Assembly: GCA_003978665.1 (NCBI GenBank)
Contig: QNYQ01000027.1
Coordinates: 1 to 52,498, forward strand
Direction: 5' to 3'
Source: Hyperthermus sp.
GTDB taxonomy: Archaea > Thermoproteota > Thermoprotei_A > Sulfolobales > Pyrodictiaceae
DNA length: 52,498 nt
Shown here in pieces: positions 16,359 through 25,028 of this stretch (positions are counted from its first letter, which is position 1; each line of letters opens with the position of its first letter). The notes below the pieces were generated by a model, which was not told the DNA's origin, ran no database searches, and was given only the letters and a program-made list of their open reading frames with translations. The position numbers and the translations under genes are program-made.

Positions 16359-16799
16359 TCATCCCTGCCGTGGCTTGACGAGTCTTGCTCCTTTATCTGT
16401 TTCCACTATTACAGCCCAAACCCCGTCACTGCTAACCCTAACCCTGCCCACGTGCACGTACAGCTTCTCTCTCACCGCAAGCTGCCTCTGCAGTGTAAGC
16501 TCCCCCTTCCCGCTCCTGGCTATCAGCCAGAGCCTCTTGAGGAGGGCGGGTCTCGGGAAGATCAGTGGCGCCTTGAGCGTGGTGTACGCGTAGAGGTATT
16601 TCTCCTCCTTAGACTTTTCCTCTACACCTATGATCTCGAGGAGTATGCCGCTGGTACCCTTGTATCTCTCAGTGTATTCTTCAACTACATCGAAGAAATC
16701 CCTCCCAACGCTTTCCTCCTCCACGATCCTAAACGCGTCTATGACAGCTTGCTTCAAGTCGGCTTCCACATGCCTATAAACCCGTACAAGAACCCTCAC
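16359..16799 (-). CDS. hypothetical protein (146 aa)
   Basis: ORF track with coding-like composition. Confidence 0.45.
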   Translation of the reverse strand: MRVLVRVYRHVEADLKQAVIDAFRIVEEESVGRDFFDVVEEYTERYKGTSGILLEIIGVEEKSKEEKYLYAYTTLKAPLIFPRPALLKRLWLIARSGKGELTLQRQLAVREKLYVHVGRVRVSSDGVWAVIVETDKGARLVKPRQG

Positions 16800-16892
16800 T
16801 TCAAACTACCCCGGCTCCCTCTATCCTAACGCCCCTTAACCTCTTAGGTTGACTGAGCAGTGTTTAATACAGGGCACACCCCTCCCCCTCTA

Positions 16893-17013
16893 ACCGCTAG
16901 AGCAATACATTCGCCGGGGGCTCGATGAAGACGTGTAATGAGCCTACGGCGGTACCGTAGCAGCCGCGTATAGTGGCTGGTGGGGAGGCAGCCGGGCCTT
17001 GAGGCCCCTTTTT
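16893..17013 (+). ncRNA. candidate structured leader or small RNA ending in hairpin + T5 just before nmd3
   Basis: TATA-like TTTAATA at 16863-16869. Three consecutive hairpins: GGCTC/GAGCC (16919-16944), CTACGG/CCGTAG (16944-16960) and CAGCC/GGCTG (16961-16979). Then GGGCC-TTGA-GGCCC (16994-17007) followed by TTTTT (17009-17013). Confidence 0.25.
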
Positions 17014-17043
17014 CCCCCTTCTCGTTCTCCCCTCTAAGGGATC

Positions 17044-17811
17044 GTGGCCTGCTACCTGCTCTGGGTGATCGTTGGCTTGTACTGTGCTCGTTGCGGGAGG
17101 AGTGTTGATGAACGATATGTTTTGAGTGGTTTGTGCATAGACTGTTTCCTGGAGCTTAACCGACTGCTCTGTGTCCCTGAAAGACTTAGCTTTGACTACT
17201 GTAGGGCCTGTGGCTCTGTTAGGCTTGGCTACCGCTGGGTTGAGGCCGGCGGCTTAGAGGAGGCTTTCCTCACCTACCTCAGGGGTTTTATGGATAGGAG
17301 GGTTAGGGCGTGTAGTAGTGTTGTGGAAGAATACTGGGTTGAAGAGATAGTTGCCCTCACAAAGCCCTCGTGGAGGAGCGTGTTTAGGGTTAGGTTTGGG
17401 CTTAGGCTTAGGGGGGTTAGCGGTGTCGCCCACCAAGACTATATCGTGGAGGCCTACGCCTCCCCCACCCTCTGCCCATTATGCAAGAGGGCTAGGGCGG
17501 GCGACTATGATGTAGTGGTGAGGCTTCGTGGCGCGAGCCCGGAGAAGATAGCAAGCGTTCTCGCACCCCTGCTTGAGAGCGATGCCAGGCTAGTTAACTC
17601 GATACTTGACGTGGAGGAGCATAGGCAGGGTGTTGACGTATTCCTCCTAGACAAGTCGGCCCACTCAAGGATAATAAGAGAGCTGAGGAAACGCTACCAG
17701 GTTAACGTGAAGAAAGCGGCCGAGGATGTGGGAGTAGACTCTAGGGGTAGGCCCAGGCGCAGGCTCGTCCTCATGGTAAGCCTGCGTGAGCGTAGGCGTC
17801 GAGACAAGTGA
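17044..17811 (+). CDS. nmd3: NMD3-family protein (archaeal 60S-export-factor homolog, zinc-binding)
   Basis: The CARCG...CIDC, CRACG and CPLCKRARAGDYDVVVRLRG pattern is typical of NMD3 N-terminal domains. Alternative in-frame starts are GTG 17065 and TTG 17077. Confidence 0.75.
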   Translation: MACYLLWVIVGLYCARCGRSVDERYVLSGLCIDCFLELNRLLCVPERLSFDYCRACGSVRLGYRWVEAGGLEEAFLTYLRGFMDRRVRACSSVVEEYWVEEIVALTKPSWRSVFRVRFGLRLRGVSGVAHQDYIVEAYASPTLCPLCKRARAGDYDVVVRLRGASPEKIASVLAPLLESDARLVNSILDVEEHRQGVDVFLLDKSAHSRIIRELRKRYQVNVKKAAEDVGVDSRGRPRRRLVLMVSLRERRRRDK

Positions 17812-18191
17812 TGGGGGCTCTGGGTATGGGGAGGAGGGAGAGGCCGTTAAGCTTCAGCGACTATGAGAGAGCGCTCATGAGTACTACGCCTCTAGATGTT
17901 ATACGCGAAATAGAGGAGCAAACCCCCCGTGAGAGGAGTGGTGGGAGGCGTAGGAGACCCTACCCTACGGGCAGGGAGCTTGCAGAGGCTATAGTCGAGG
18001 TCTCCCAGGCCTATAATGGCCATCCCGACGACTTCCCCCAGGCTGTCATAGAATATCTTGAGGGTGAGGGCTTTGATACTAGGCACGTGACGGTGAAGCG
18101 GATATGGAGGATTTATGAGAGCCTGGTTCGCCGCAGGGTCATGGCTGACAGGCTGGGAGTTGTCCAGGAGGCTGGCCCGGCGGGCGCTTAA
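17808..18191 (+). CDS. hypothetical protein (127 aa), translationally coupled to nmd3
   Basis: The ATG overlaps the nmd3 TGA (ATGA). Confidence 0.45.
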   Translation: MMGALGMGRRERPLSFSDYERALMSTTPLDVIREIEEQTPRERSGGRRRRPYPTGRELAEAIVEVSQAYNGHPDDFPQAVIEYLEGEGFDTRHVTVKRIWRIYESLVRRRVMADRLGVVQEAGPAGA

Positions 18192-18249
18192 GCCTTTATG
18201 CCAGCGAGTACTTAAACCCAGCGGGGCTGTAGGGTTGAATGTAGAGTGA

Positions 18250-18669
18250 GTGAGGTTGAAGGTTGTACTTAGACATGAGGGTACATGGCTGCTGGTGAGG
18301 GAGGTCTACGCTATACGTAGGCAGAGGGGTAAGCGTAGGGGTAGGCAGAGGCAGACGAGCGCGCCTTACGGTACGGTGGCTGAGAGCGTGGATAAGCCTC
18401 CTCTCAACGGGCTGCGCTACACGGAGTCGATCGAAGTCCCTGCCACTAAGGTCATGAAGTTTATTGTTAAGGCCTTCCAGCTTCCGGGCGATACTACTAT
18501 AGTGGTTAAGCCCCTTACGAGGGAGAGCTATGAGGCAAAGATATATGCTAAGACCAGGGAGGAGGCTGCGAGGGCGCTAGCACAGCTGGCTAGGCTCTTG
18601 TCCGAGCTGGGGAGGAGGCGTGGGGGAGAGGAGCAAGAGCAGGCTGAGAGTGAAGAGGAAGAGGTTTGA
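18250..18669 (+). CDS. hypothetical protein (139 aa) with basic N-part and acidic tail
   Basis: ORF track. GTG start. C-terminal EEQEQAESEEEEV. Confidence 0.4.
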   Translation: MRLKVVLRHEGTWLLVREVYAIRRQRGKRRGRQRQTSAPYGTVAESVDKPPLNGLRYTESIEVPATKVMKFIVKAFQLPGDTTIVVKPLTRESYEAKIYAKTREEAARALAQLARLLSELGRRRGGEEQEQAESEEEEV

Positions 18670-19012
18670 GCCCCCCGTTCTCTGCGAGGTGTGCGGTGTC
18701 AGGAGGGCTGAACGCGTCTGCCCCCTCTGTGGTAGAATGGTCTGCTCAAGCCACTACGATGAGGACAGGGGTATTTGCAGTCTCTGTGCAGAAACGCTGT
18801 GCGAGAACTGTGGGAGAAACCTCTCTATCACCCAGTGTCCCGTGTGCGGTAGCCTTGTCTGCTCGGACTGCTCTGTCCAGCTCACCCCTGTGGTGAGGAT
18901 CTGCACTAGGTGCGCGTCTAAGCGTGTGAGCCTCGACGATATAGCCAGGAAGGAGGTAGTGATGCTCGCTGAGTCCCTCAGAAAATACTTGGTTGTTGCG
19001 GCTGGGAGGTAG
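18620..19012 (+). CDS. multi-CxxC zinc-ribbon protein
   Basis: Seven CxxC pairs (CEVC, CPLC, CSLC, CENC, CPVC, CSDC, CTRC) plus a CSSH lie within about 90 aa. Possible later GTG start at 18650. Confidence 0.5.
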   Translation: MGERSKSRLRVKRKRFEPPVLCEVCGVRRAERVCPLCGRMVCSSHYDEDRGICSLCAETLCENCGRNLSITQCPVCGSLVCSDCSVQLTPVVRICTRCASKRVSLDDIARKEVVMLAESLRKYLVVAAGR

Positions 19013-19023
19013 AGGCCCCCCTC

Positions 19024-19977
19024 TTACAGATACTTGTCGAGCGTGTCCCCGCCCCTCCTCAAGTCGCTGTGCTTTAGCCTTAGGGGTATTAGGTGTGAGC
19101 CGTCGCACGTGCTTGCCGTGTGCATGTACTGCAGCCCTTCCCTGCACGTAGCGAACTCTAGCCCGTATTTCTCGGCAATCTTCTTAACGGCCTCCATCAT
19201 GTTCTTCCGGAGCTTTAGAGGCAGGTACCAGTAGCCGTGAAGCCATGCTCCCTCCTCCCGGTAAAGGCGGTGCAGTCTTGCGCTGAGGTCGGGGAAAGCG
19301 TTGGCTAGTCTTTTGAGAGAGTCCGGCCTGGCCTTGTAGGTTGAGGTCACGAGGAACCTTACCCCAATGCTTGCAGCAGCCTCGATAACAGCCTCTACGT
19401 GCTCTCGCTCAGAGTTTAGGTAGGGTATTATGGGGTCGAGCCTCAAGCCTACGGGCACGCCAGCGTCTACGAGCCTCTTCATAGCCTTAACCCTTTCTGA
19501 GGGGGGAGGGGCGCCAGGCTCTAGTCGCGCGGCCAGGCTCTTGTCAAGGGTTGTTACCGTGACTGTTACGGCTGCGTTTCCTCTAGACAATATGTCTGCG
19601 TCGCGGGCAACCATGCTGCTCTTCGTTATCACCAGCACGCGGTAGCCTCTGGGGAGAAGCAGCTCCAGCGTCCACCTCGTAAGCCTGTATTGCTCCTCTT
19701 CGGGGGGATAGGGGTCACTGCTCGTGGCAATGTCTATGTGGAGGCGTGGGTTAATCCTGGCCAGGTCCCGGACCAGCCTCTGCTTATAGTCCCTCTTAGG
19801 CCGACTGTTCTTGACACCGATGTAGGATGTTGCATAGCAGTAGAGGCAGAAGTGGCTGCAGCCCGTGTAGGGGTTGAGGGAGTATTTTAGGGGGCATGTG
19901 CAGAGGGGGCTCCGCCATGGATCGAAGAGTCTTATGAGGCTTCCCTCCCTCAACCTAACCCTCAGCTTCCGCTGCAC
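19024..19977 (-). CDS. radical SAM protein, SplB/COG1533-like (DNA repair photolyase-like family)
   Basis: YTGCSHFCLYCYATSY (Cx3Cx2C followed by YA). About 317 aa, with a TIM-barrel-like pattern. Confidence 0.8.
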   Translation of the reverse strand: MQRKLRVRLREGSLIRLFDPWRSPLCTCPLKYSLNPYTGCSHFCLYCYATSYIGVKNSRPKRDYKQRLVRDLARINPRLHIDIATSSDPYPPEEEQYRLTRWTLELLLPRGYRVLVITKSSMVARDADILSRGNAAVTVTVTTLDKSLAARLEPGAPPPSERVKAMKRLVDAGVPVGLRLDPIIPYLNSEREHVEAVIEAAASIGVRFLVTSTYKARPDSLKRLANAFPDLSARLHRLYREEGAWLHGYWYLPLKLRKNMMEAVKKIAEKYGLEFATCREGLQYMHTASTCDGSHLIPLRLKHSDLRRGGDTLDKYL

Positions 19978-20004
19978 ACTTTTCCTCCTCTCCCCCTAGC
20001 CGTG

Positions 20005-20637
20005 CTAGAACTCTATGTTTGCGTGCTTGGCCCTCAAGTCATCCTCTTTTTTACCCAGCCTATTCATCAACTCCACTACTATGCCGTCGAGGAAGGCTAG
20101 TGCAGTGTCTTCGAAAAGCGTGCCCAGGGGTGCTAGGGGCTCGTGTATGCCGAGTATTTGTCTCGCGAAATAGTCTATGTCCGGTGCCGACTTCGTCCGG
20201 CCGGGAACCTCTACAACTATGTCTGCCAGCTGTCCGAGGGGGCTCTCGGGGTAGCTGGTTATTGCAGCCACTGTAGCCTCAACCTTCTTGGCAGCCTCAG
20301 CCGCGGTCACTATGAGCTTGGTTCTCCCGGAGCCGGAGATGGCTACTACGAGATCCCCCCTCCCTATGCTCGGGGTGATGGTTTCGCCGAGCACGTAAAC
20401 GTTGAAGCCTAGGTGCATGAGCCTCATCGCGAAGGCCTTGCCCACCAGCCCGCTCCTCCCCGCACCCATAACAAGCACTTTTGCACGACGCTTATAGGAG
20501 CTTATTAGAGCGTCTAAGAGCTTCTCGACCTGGCCAGCGTTAAGCCTCTCCGCAACCCTATCTATGAACAGGGCTATCTCTCTCATAGTTCTAGCGACGT
20601 ATTCCATCTCCCCTAGGCCTCCCGAGGAGAGCTCCAC
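20005..20637 (-). CDS. hxlB: 6-phospho-3-hexuloisomerase (SIS domain)
   Basis: [53 protein letters not shown] is the classic PHI/SIS signature. Confidence 0.8.
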   Translation of the reverse strand: MELSSGGLGEMEYVARTMREIALFIDRVAERLNAGQVEKLLDALISSYKRRAKVLVMGAGRSGLVGKAFAMRLMHLGFNVYVLGETITPSIGRGDLVVAISGSGRTKLIVTAAEAAKKVEATVAAITSYPESPLGQLADIVVEVPGRTKSAPDIDYFARQILGIHEPLAPLGTLFEDTALAFLDGIVVELMNRLGKKEDDLRAKHANIEF

Positions 20638-20796
20638 CGCTAGAAGAGAGACGGCAGCATAGGGTTTAGAAAGCTAGCGCGTCTTCAACCCCGCTGCTAT
20701 AGGATTAAGTCGAGGGGAAGACCAGTCTCCCACCCCCATTAGGCGAAACCTTAACAGACCTTCACGCGGGAGGACCCGCGGGGGTGCTGCAGCGGC

Positions 20797-23769
20797 TTGG
20801 CCAGCGAGACAAGTGTTCTTGCGAGGCGTGAGCCTGTAAACAGGTTTGCAGCCTGGCTCTACGAGGTTGCCGAGAAGTGGCAGCGGAGGTGGCGGAGTGA
20901 TAGGGTTTTCGAGGCCAACCCCGACCCCTCGAAGCCAAAGTTCTTCATCACGGCTGCCTTCCCGTACCCTAACAGCCCCCTCCACCTGGGCCATAGTAGG
21001 ACCTACACCATAGCCGACGTCCATGCCAGGTTTAAGAGGATGCTGGGCTATAATGTGCTCTTCCCGATGGGCTTCCATTATACTGGGACACCTATTCTCA
21101 CGATGGCCGAGGCTATAGCTGCGGGGGACGAGGAGCTTATCGACCTCATGCTTAACGTCTACGATGTCCCGGCCAGTGAGCTTGACAGGTTGAAGGATCC
21201 TCTTTCCCTCGCAAGATTTTTCCACGAGGACGCGAAGAAGGCTATGAACGCTATGGGGTATAGTATAGACTGGAGGAGGGAGTTCACCACAATAGACCCT
21301 GAGTTCCAGAAGTTCATTGTATGGCAGTACACCAAGCTTAGGGAGAAGGGGCTGATCACTAAGGGGACTCATCCCGTAGGCTGGTGCCCTAAACACAACA
21401 TGCCCGTGGGGATGCATGACACCAAGAACGATGTGGAGCCCGAGATAGAAGAGTTCACTCTCATACTCTTCCGCCACGGGGAGGAGTTCTTTCCCGCAGC
21501 AACCCTGCGGCCCGAGACAGTGTTCGGCGTCACCAACCTCTGGGTAAACCCGGATGCCACCTATGTTAGGGTGAGGGTTGACGGTAGGGTTTACGTGGTC
21601 AGCAAGGAGGCGGCGTGGAAGCTGTCCTTCCAGAAGGATAGCGTGAATGTTGTCGGTGAGGTTAAGGGGAGGGAGCTTGTGGGGATTAGGGTTGTTAACC
21701 CGGCAACGGGCAGAGAGGTTCCGGTGCTCCCAGCATCATTTGTCGACCCCTCCACGGCCACCGGCGTGGTTATGAGCGTGCCAGCCCACGCACCCTACGA
21801 TTACGTGGCGTTGAAGGAGATGGTTGAGTCCCAGAGGGAGCTGCTGGAGTCTATAGGAGTGAGCGTGGACTCCCTCAAGCCAATCCCGCTGATAAGGGTT
21901 AGGGGCTACGGCAGTATCCCGGCCAAGGACATTGTGGAGAGAATGGGCATTAGTAGTCAAGCTGAGAGGTTGAAGCTTGACGAGGCCACTAGGACGCTAT
22001 ACAGCGACGAGTACCATGAGGGCGTGATGAGAGACGACATAGTGAGCCTCGTGTACCCGGACGCGCCGAGCGAGACAAGGGTTTTCATAAAAGCTCCCGT
22101 GGAGGCTTGGATCCGGGGGGCTAGCGTTAGGGATGCTAGGGAGGCAACCAGGAAGTGGCTTTCAGCTCTAGGCTTCACCGACGTGATGTATGAGATATCT
22201 AACAAGCCCGTCTACTGTAGATGTGGCACGGAGATAGTGGTGAAAGTGCTCAAGGACCAGTGGTTCATAAACTATGGTGACAGGGAGTGGAAGAAGACCG
22301 TACTAGAGCTCATAGACAACATGGCTATAGTCCCCCATGAGATGAGGGAGGAGTTTCTGAAAACCGTTGACTGGCTGCACGAGAGGGCTGTAGCCCGCAC
22401 CCGCGGGCTCGGGACAGAGCTTCCCTGGGCTAGGGGGTGGCGTATAGAGAGCTTGAGCGACTCTACTATATACATGGCGTTCTACACTATAGTCCACAAG
22501 CTCAAGCGCTACGGTATAAAGCCCGAAAAGCTCGGGGTGGAGTTCTGGGACTACGTGCTCCACGGCAGAGGCGACGTAGACAAGCTATCCTCATCGACGG
22601 GCTTAGACAGGAAGATTATAGAGGATTTGAGGGAGGAGTTTAACTACTGGTATCCGCTGGATGCAAGGCACAGCGGCAGAGACCTTGTACCAAACCACCT
22701 AACCTTCTTCATATTCCACCACGCAGCCCTATTCCCTAAGGACAAGTGGCCTCGGCAAATAGTGGTTAACGGCTTCGTAAGGCTTGAAGGAAAGAAGATG
22801 AGCAAGAGCCTAAGAAACATCATCCCCTTGAGGAGGGCGGTGAAGGTATATGGTCCAGACACTATCAGAGCTGCGCTGCTGGCCTCAGCCGAGCTCCTAC
22901 AGGATGCAGACTTCTCGGACAATCTAGCAATGAGTGTTCTCTCCCAGCTGGCCAAGCTGCTAAGATACCTAAAGCTTGTCGAGAAGGCTGATGGTGAAAG
23001 CGGGCTTGCGGACCGCTGGCTGCTAAGCAGGCTCCAAGACCATATTAGCAATGTGACCAAGTATATGAGCGAGCTACGTACAAGACATGCAACAATAACA
23101 CTCCTTTATGACATGGACAACGACGTGGTAAAGTACCTGGCTATTAGAGAGAGGCCTGGGCCAGCGCTTAGAGAGTACCTGGAGAAATGGGTGCTAATGC
23201 TCTCGCCCATAACACCGCACATAGCCGAGGAAATATGGCACATGCTAGGCCACGACACCTACGTATCGCTAGAGCACTGGCCCGTACCCGACCAGACCAA
23301 GATAGATAGGAGAGTAGAGCTCGCAGTAGAGTATGCTGAGAGGCTCATAGAAGACATTAGGGCAGTGCTTAGAGTAGTTAAGACTAAGCCTACAAGAGCA
23401 ATAATACTCGTCACCAGGCCCGAGAAATGGCCGCTGGCACAACAGGCTGCTGCCGTCATCAAGAAAGGCGGCCAGGTCAGGGACATTGTTAGGGCACTAC
23501 TGGGCAAAGTAGCCGACAAGGACAGCGCCAAGAGCATCGTGAAGATGGTAGAGTACATGAGGCAGCAGAGCATGAGCTACCTTGAACTAGTCTCCACGGT
23601 CAGCGAGTTCGATGAGAAGAAAGCAATCGAGGACCTAGGCAGCTACATAGCAAAGAAGACCTCGATACCCTCAATAGAAGTCTACTACGCTGACGAGGCT
23701 CCCCCTCAAGTGCCTGCATCCAAGGTGAAGGCGGCTATTCCAGGACGCCCGTCAATCACAGTGCTCTAG
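20797..23769 (+). CDS. leuS: leucyl-tRNA synthetase
   Basis: HIGH-type PYPNSPLHLGH and KMSKS motifs, an archaeal-type editing domain and a length of 990 aa. TTG start. Confidence 0.95.
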   Translation: MASETSVLARREPVNRFAAWLYEVAEKWQRRWRSDRVFEANPDPSKPKFFITAAFPYPNSPLHLGHSRTYTIADVHARFKRMLGYNVLFPMGFHYTGTPILTMAEAIAAGDEELIDLMLNVYDVPASELDRLKDPLSLARFFHEDAKKAMNAMGYSIDWRREFTTIDPEFQKFIVWQYTKLREKGLITKGTHPVGWCPKHNMPVGMHDTKNDVEPEIEEFTLILFRHGEEFFPAATLRPETVFGVTNLWVNPDATYVRVRVDGRVYVVSKEAAWKLSFQKDSVNVVGEVKGRELVGIRVVNPATGREVPVLPASFVDPSTATGVVMSVPAHAPYDYVALKEMVESQRELLESIGVSVDSLKPIPLIRVRGYGSIPAKDIVERMGISSQAERLKLDEATRTLYSDEYHEGVMRDDIVSLVYPDAPSETRVFIKAPVEAWIRGASVRDAREATRKWLSALGFTDVMYEISNKPVYCRCGTEIVVKVLKDQWFINYGDREWKKTVLELIDNMAIVPHEMREEFLKTVDWLHERAVARTRGLGTELPWARGWRIESLSDSTIYMAFYTIVHKLKRYGIKPEKLGVEFWDYVLHGRGDVDKLSSSTGLDRKIIEDLREEFNYWYPLDARHSGRDLVPNHLTFFIFHHAALFPKDKWPRQIVVNGFVRLEGKKMSKSLRNIIPLRRAVKVYGPDTIRAALLASAELLQDADFSDNLAMSVLSQLAKLLRYLKLVEKADGESGLADRWLLSRLQDHISNVTKYMSELRTRHATITLLYDMDNDVVKYLAIRERPGPALREYLEKWVLMLSPITPHIAEEIWHMLGHDTYVSLEHWPVPDQTKIDRRVELAVEYAERLIEDIRAVLRVVKTKPTRAIILVTRPEKWPLAQQAAAVIKKGGQVRDIVRALLGKVADKDSAKSIVKMVEYMRQQSMSYLELVSTVSEFDEKKAIEDLGSYIAKKTSIPSIEVYYADEAPPQVPASKVKAAIPGRPSITVL

Positions 23770-23962
23770 CAGTGCTCCTCAGCGTAGCTCAGCCTCCCCA
23801 TTAATCCCTCCTCCCGCTAGCGGGGGAGGGGGTTTCGGCTCTCCCATTCTCCTCATCAGAGCCAGCTAGCCTCGTCTAAGCCAGATACTATAACGGGTGA
23901 AGAGACGGGTAAATAGGGGTCACGCCCAAGTCCTGGCGGCACGTGGGCTTCCCGGGTTTGCC

Positions 23963-24033
23963 GGAGAGATGATGAGTATCCCGAACCCTGGAGCTCGGAT
24001 GCCGTGAAGCCGTGGCGGCTGGCTGAGGCCTCC
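23963..24033 (+). ncRNA. C/D-box sRNA candidate (2'-O-methylation guide)
   Basis: C box AUGAUGA at 23969-23975, a 12-nt guide, then D' CUGG at 23988-23991. C' GUGAAGC at 24004-24010, a 12-nt guide CGUGGCGGCUGG, then D box CUGA at 24023-24026. Flanking GGAG/CUCC can form a terminal stem. TATA-like TAAATAG lies about 45 nt upstream. The D guide complements CCAGCCGCCGCG of the 16S 530 loop with one G-U pair. Confidence 0.55.
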
Positions 24034-24060
24034 CTCTCCCCGCTTAAAGGTGGCTGGTGG

Positions 24061-24768
24061 CTACTTGATCGTGATCACTGTTATGTCTCTCCTTGCTGGG
24101 AACGCTACATTGATCACTCTCACACCGTCTATGCAGGCTTCCAGCCTCTTTGAGTTATGGGCGTGCCCGTGTATTACTAGGTGGGGCTTGCTCCTCACTA
24201 TTGCCCTCTCCATCGCCTTGCTTGCGACAAACCTCCATATCCTCTCGTCCTCTCCCTCTATAGTGGCGTATGTTGGGGCGTAGTGCATTACGGCTACTAC
24301 GGTATAGCCTTTTGAGCGTAGCGTCGCCACGCTCTGCTCGAGCCTGTTGACTACGCGCGTGTAGAAGAGCCTTATCCCGGGTATGTGCCTCCTCTGCCAT
24401 GTAGTCGGCTCGTCTATGGCTCCGCGTGTACCGTATACTGCCAGCTTCACTCCCCCAACCTCCATTAGCATGTAGGTGTCGTTCAGCCAGAGGACGTCAG
24501 TATAGGAGTTGATGAATACTGGCTCCCTGTCAAAATATTCCTCGTTGCCGAACACGGCTATTATCCTGGCGTTGGAGCAGAGCTTCTTGGTCACGTTAAC
24601 CACTGGCGCAAGCGCCTTCACATTACCCTTATCAACCATGTCGCCTGCCCAGATCACTAAGGGGGCATTACTGCACTCTTCCGCATGCCTATTTAAAGCC
24701 GAAATATACTGTAGTAGGTGGCGTGGACTGTGGACATCGCTCACGGCTATAATCGTTACTCCCTCCAA
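24061..24768 (-). CDS. calcineurin-like metallophosphoesterase
   Basis: IIAVSDVHSP, WAGDMVDKG, FGNEEY, VMHYAP and VIHGHAH motifs occur in canonical order. Confidence 0.8.
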   Translation of the reverse strand: MEGVTIIAVSDVHSPRHLLQYISALNRHAEECSNAPLVIWAGDMVDKGNVKALAPVVNVTKKLCSNARIIAVFGNEEYFDREPVFINSYTDVLWLNDTYMLMEVGGVKLAVYGTRGAIDEPTTWQRRHIPGIRLFYTRVVNRLEQSVATLRSKGYTVVAVMHYAPTYATIEGEDERIWRFVASKAMERAIVRSKPHLVIHGHAHNSKRLEACIDGVRVINVAFPARRDITVITIK

Positions 24769-24982
24769 AACACCTGCAACCCCGGGCTGGGAGCACTATA
24801 AGTATTGGAGGAGGCGCGGTGAATACGTCCCGGGCCCCTGGATCACTCCAGCCCCCAGGCCCTTTGAGGCTGCGGGGGCGTCACCGGCCCTTCCCTCCTT
24901 CCCGGGCCTTAGCCGGCCTCTTATCTCTTTAGGGTCGGCCACCACTATGCTGCTACCGGGGCCCTAGGCTTCCTCGTAGGCT

Positions 24983-24988
24983 TATTAC
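24983..24988 (+). promoter_or_regulatory. TATA-box candidate (TTATTA) for 25029..26750
   Basis: 41-46 nt upstream of the ATG. A GGAG Shine-Dalgarno-like element lies 6 nt before the ATG. Confidence 0.35.
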
Positions 24989-25028
24989 GGCTGGGAGGCT
25001 TCTTGTGTGAGGGGGTATAGGAGCATTC

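Noticed and set aside
20674-21477. 267-aa minus-strand ORF overlapping the 5' part of leuS
   Set aside because: It lies entirely antisense to a confidently identified leuS. The composition is Pro/Arg/Gly/Leu-rich, typical of a shadow ORF in GC-rich DNA, and it has no motif.
23784-23795. GTAGCTCAGCCT, identical to a common tRNA D-arm segment, just after the leuS stop
   Set aside because: The downstream sequence lacks GGTAGAGC, an anticodon stem and a T-arm, so it is not a tRNA. A 12-mer match alone is insufficient to call a tRNA remnant.
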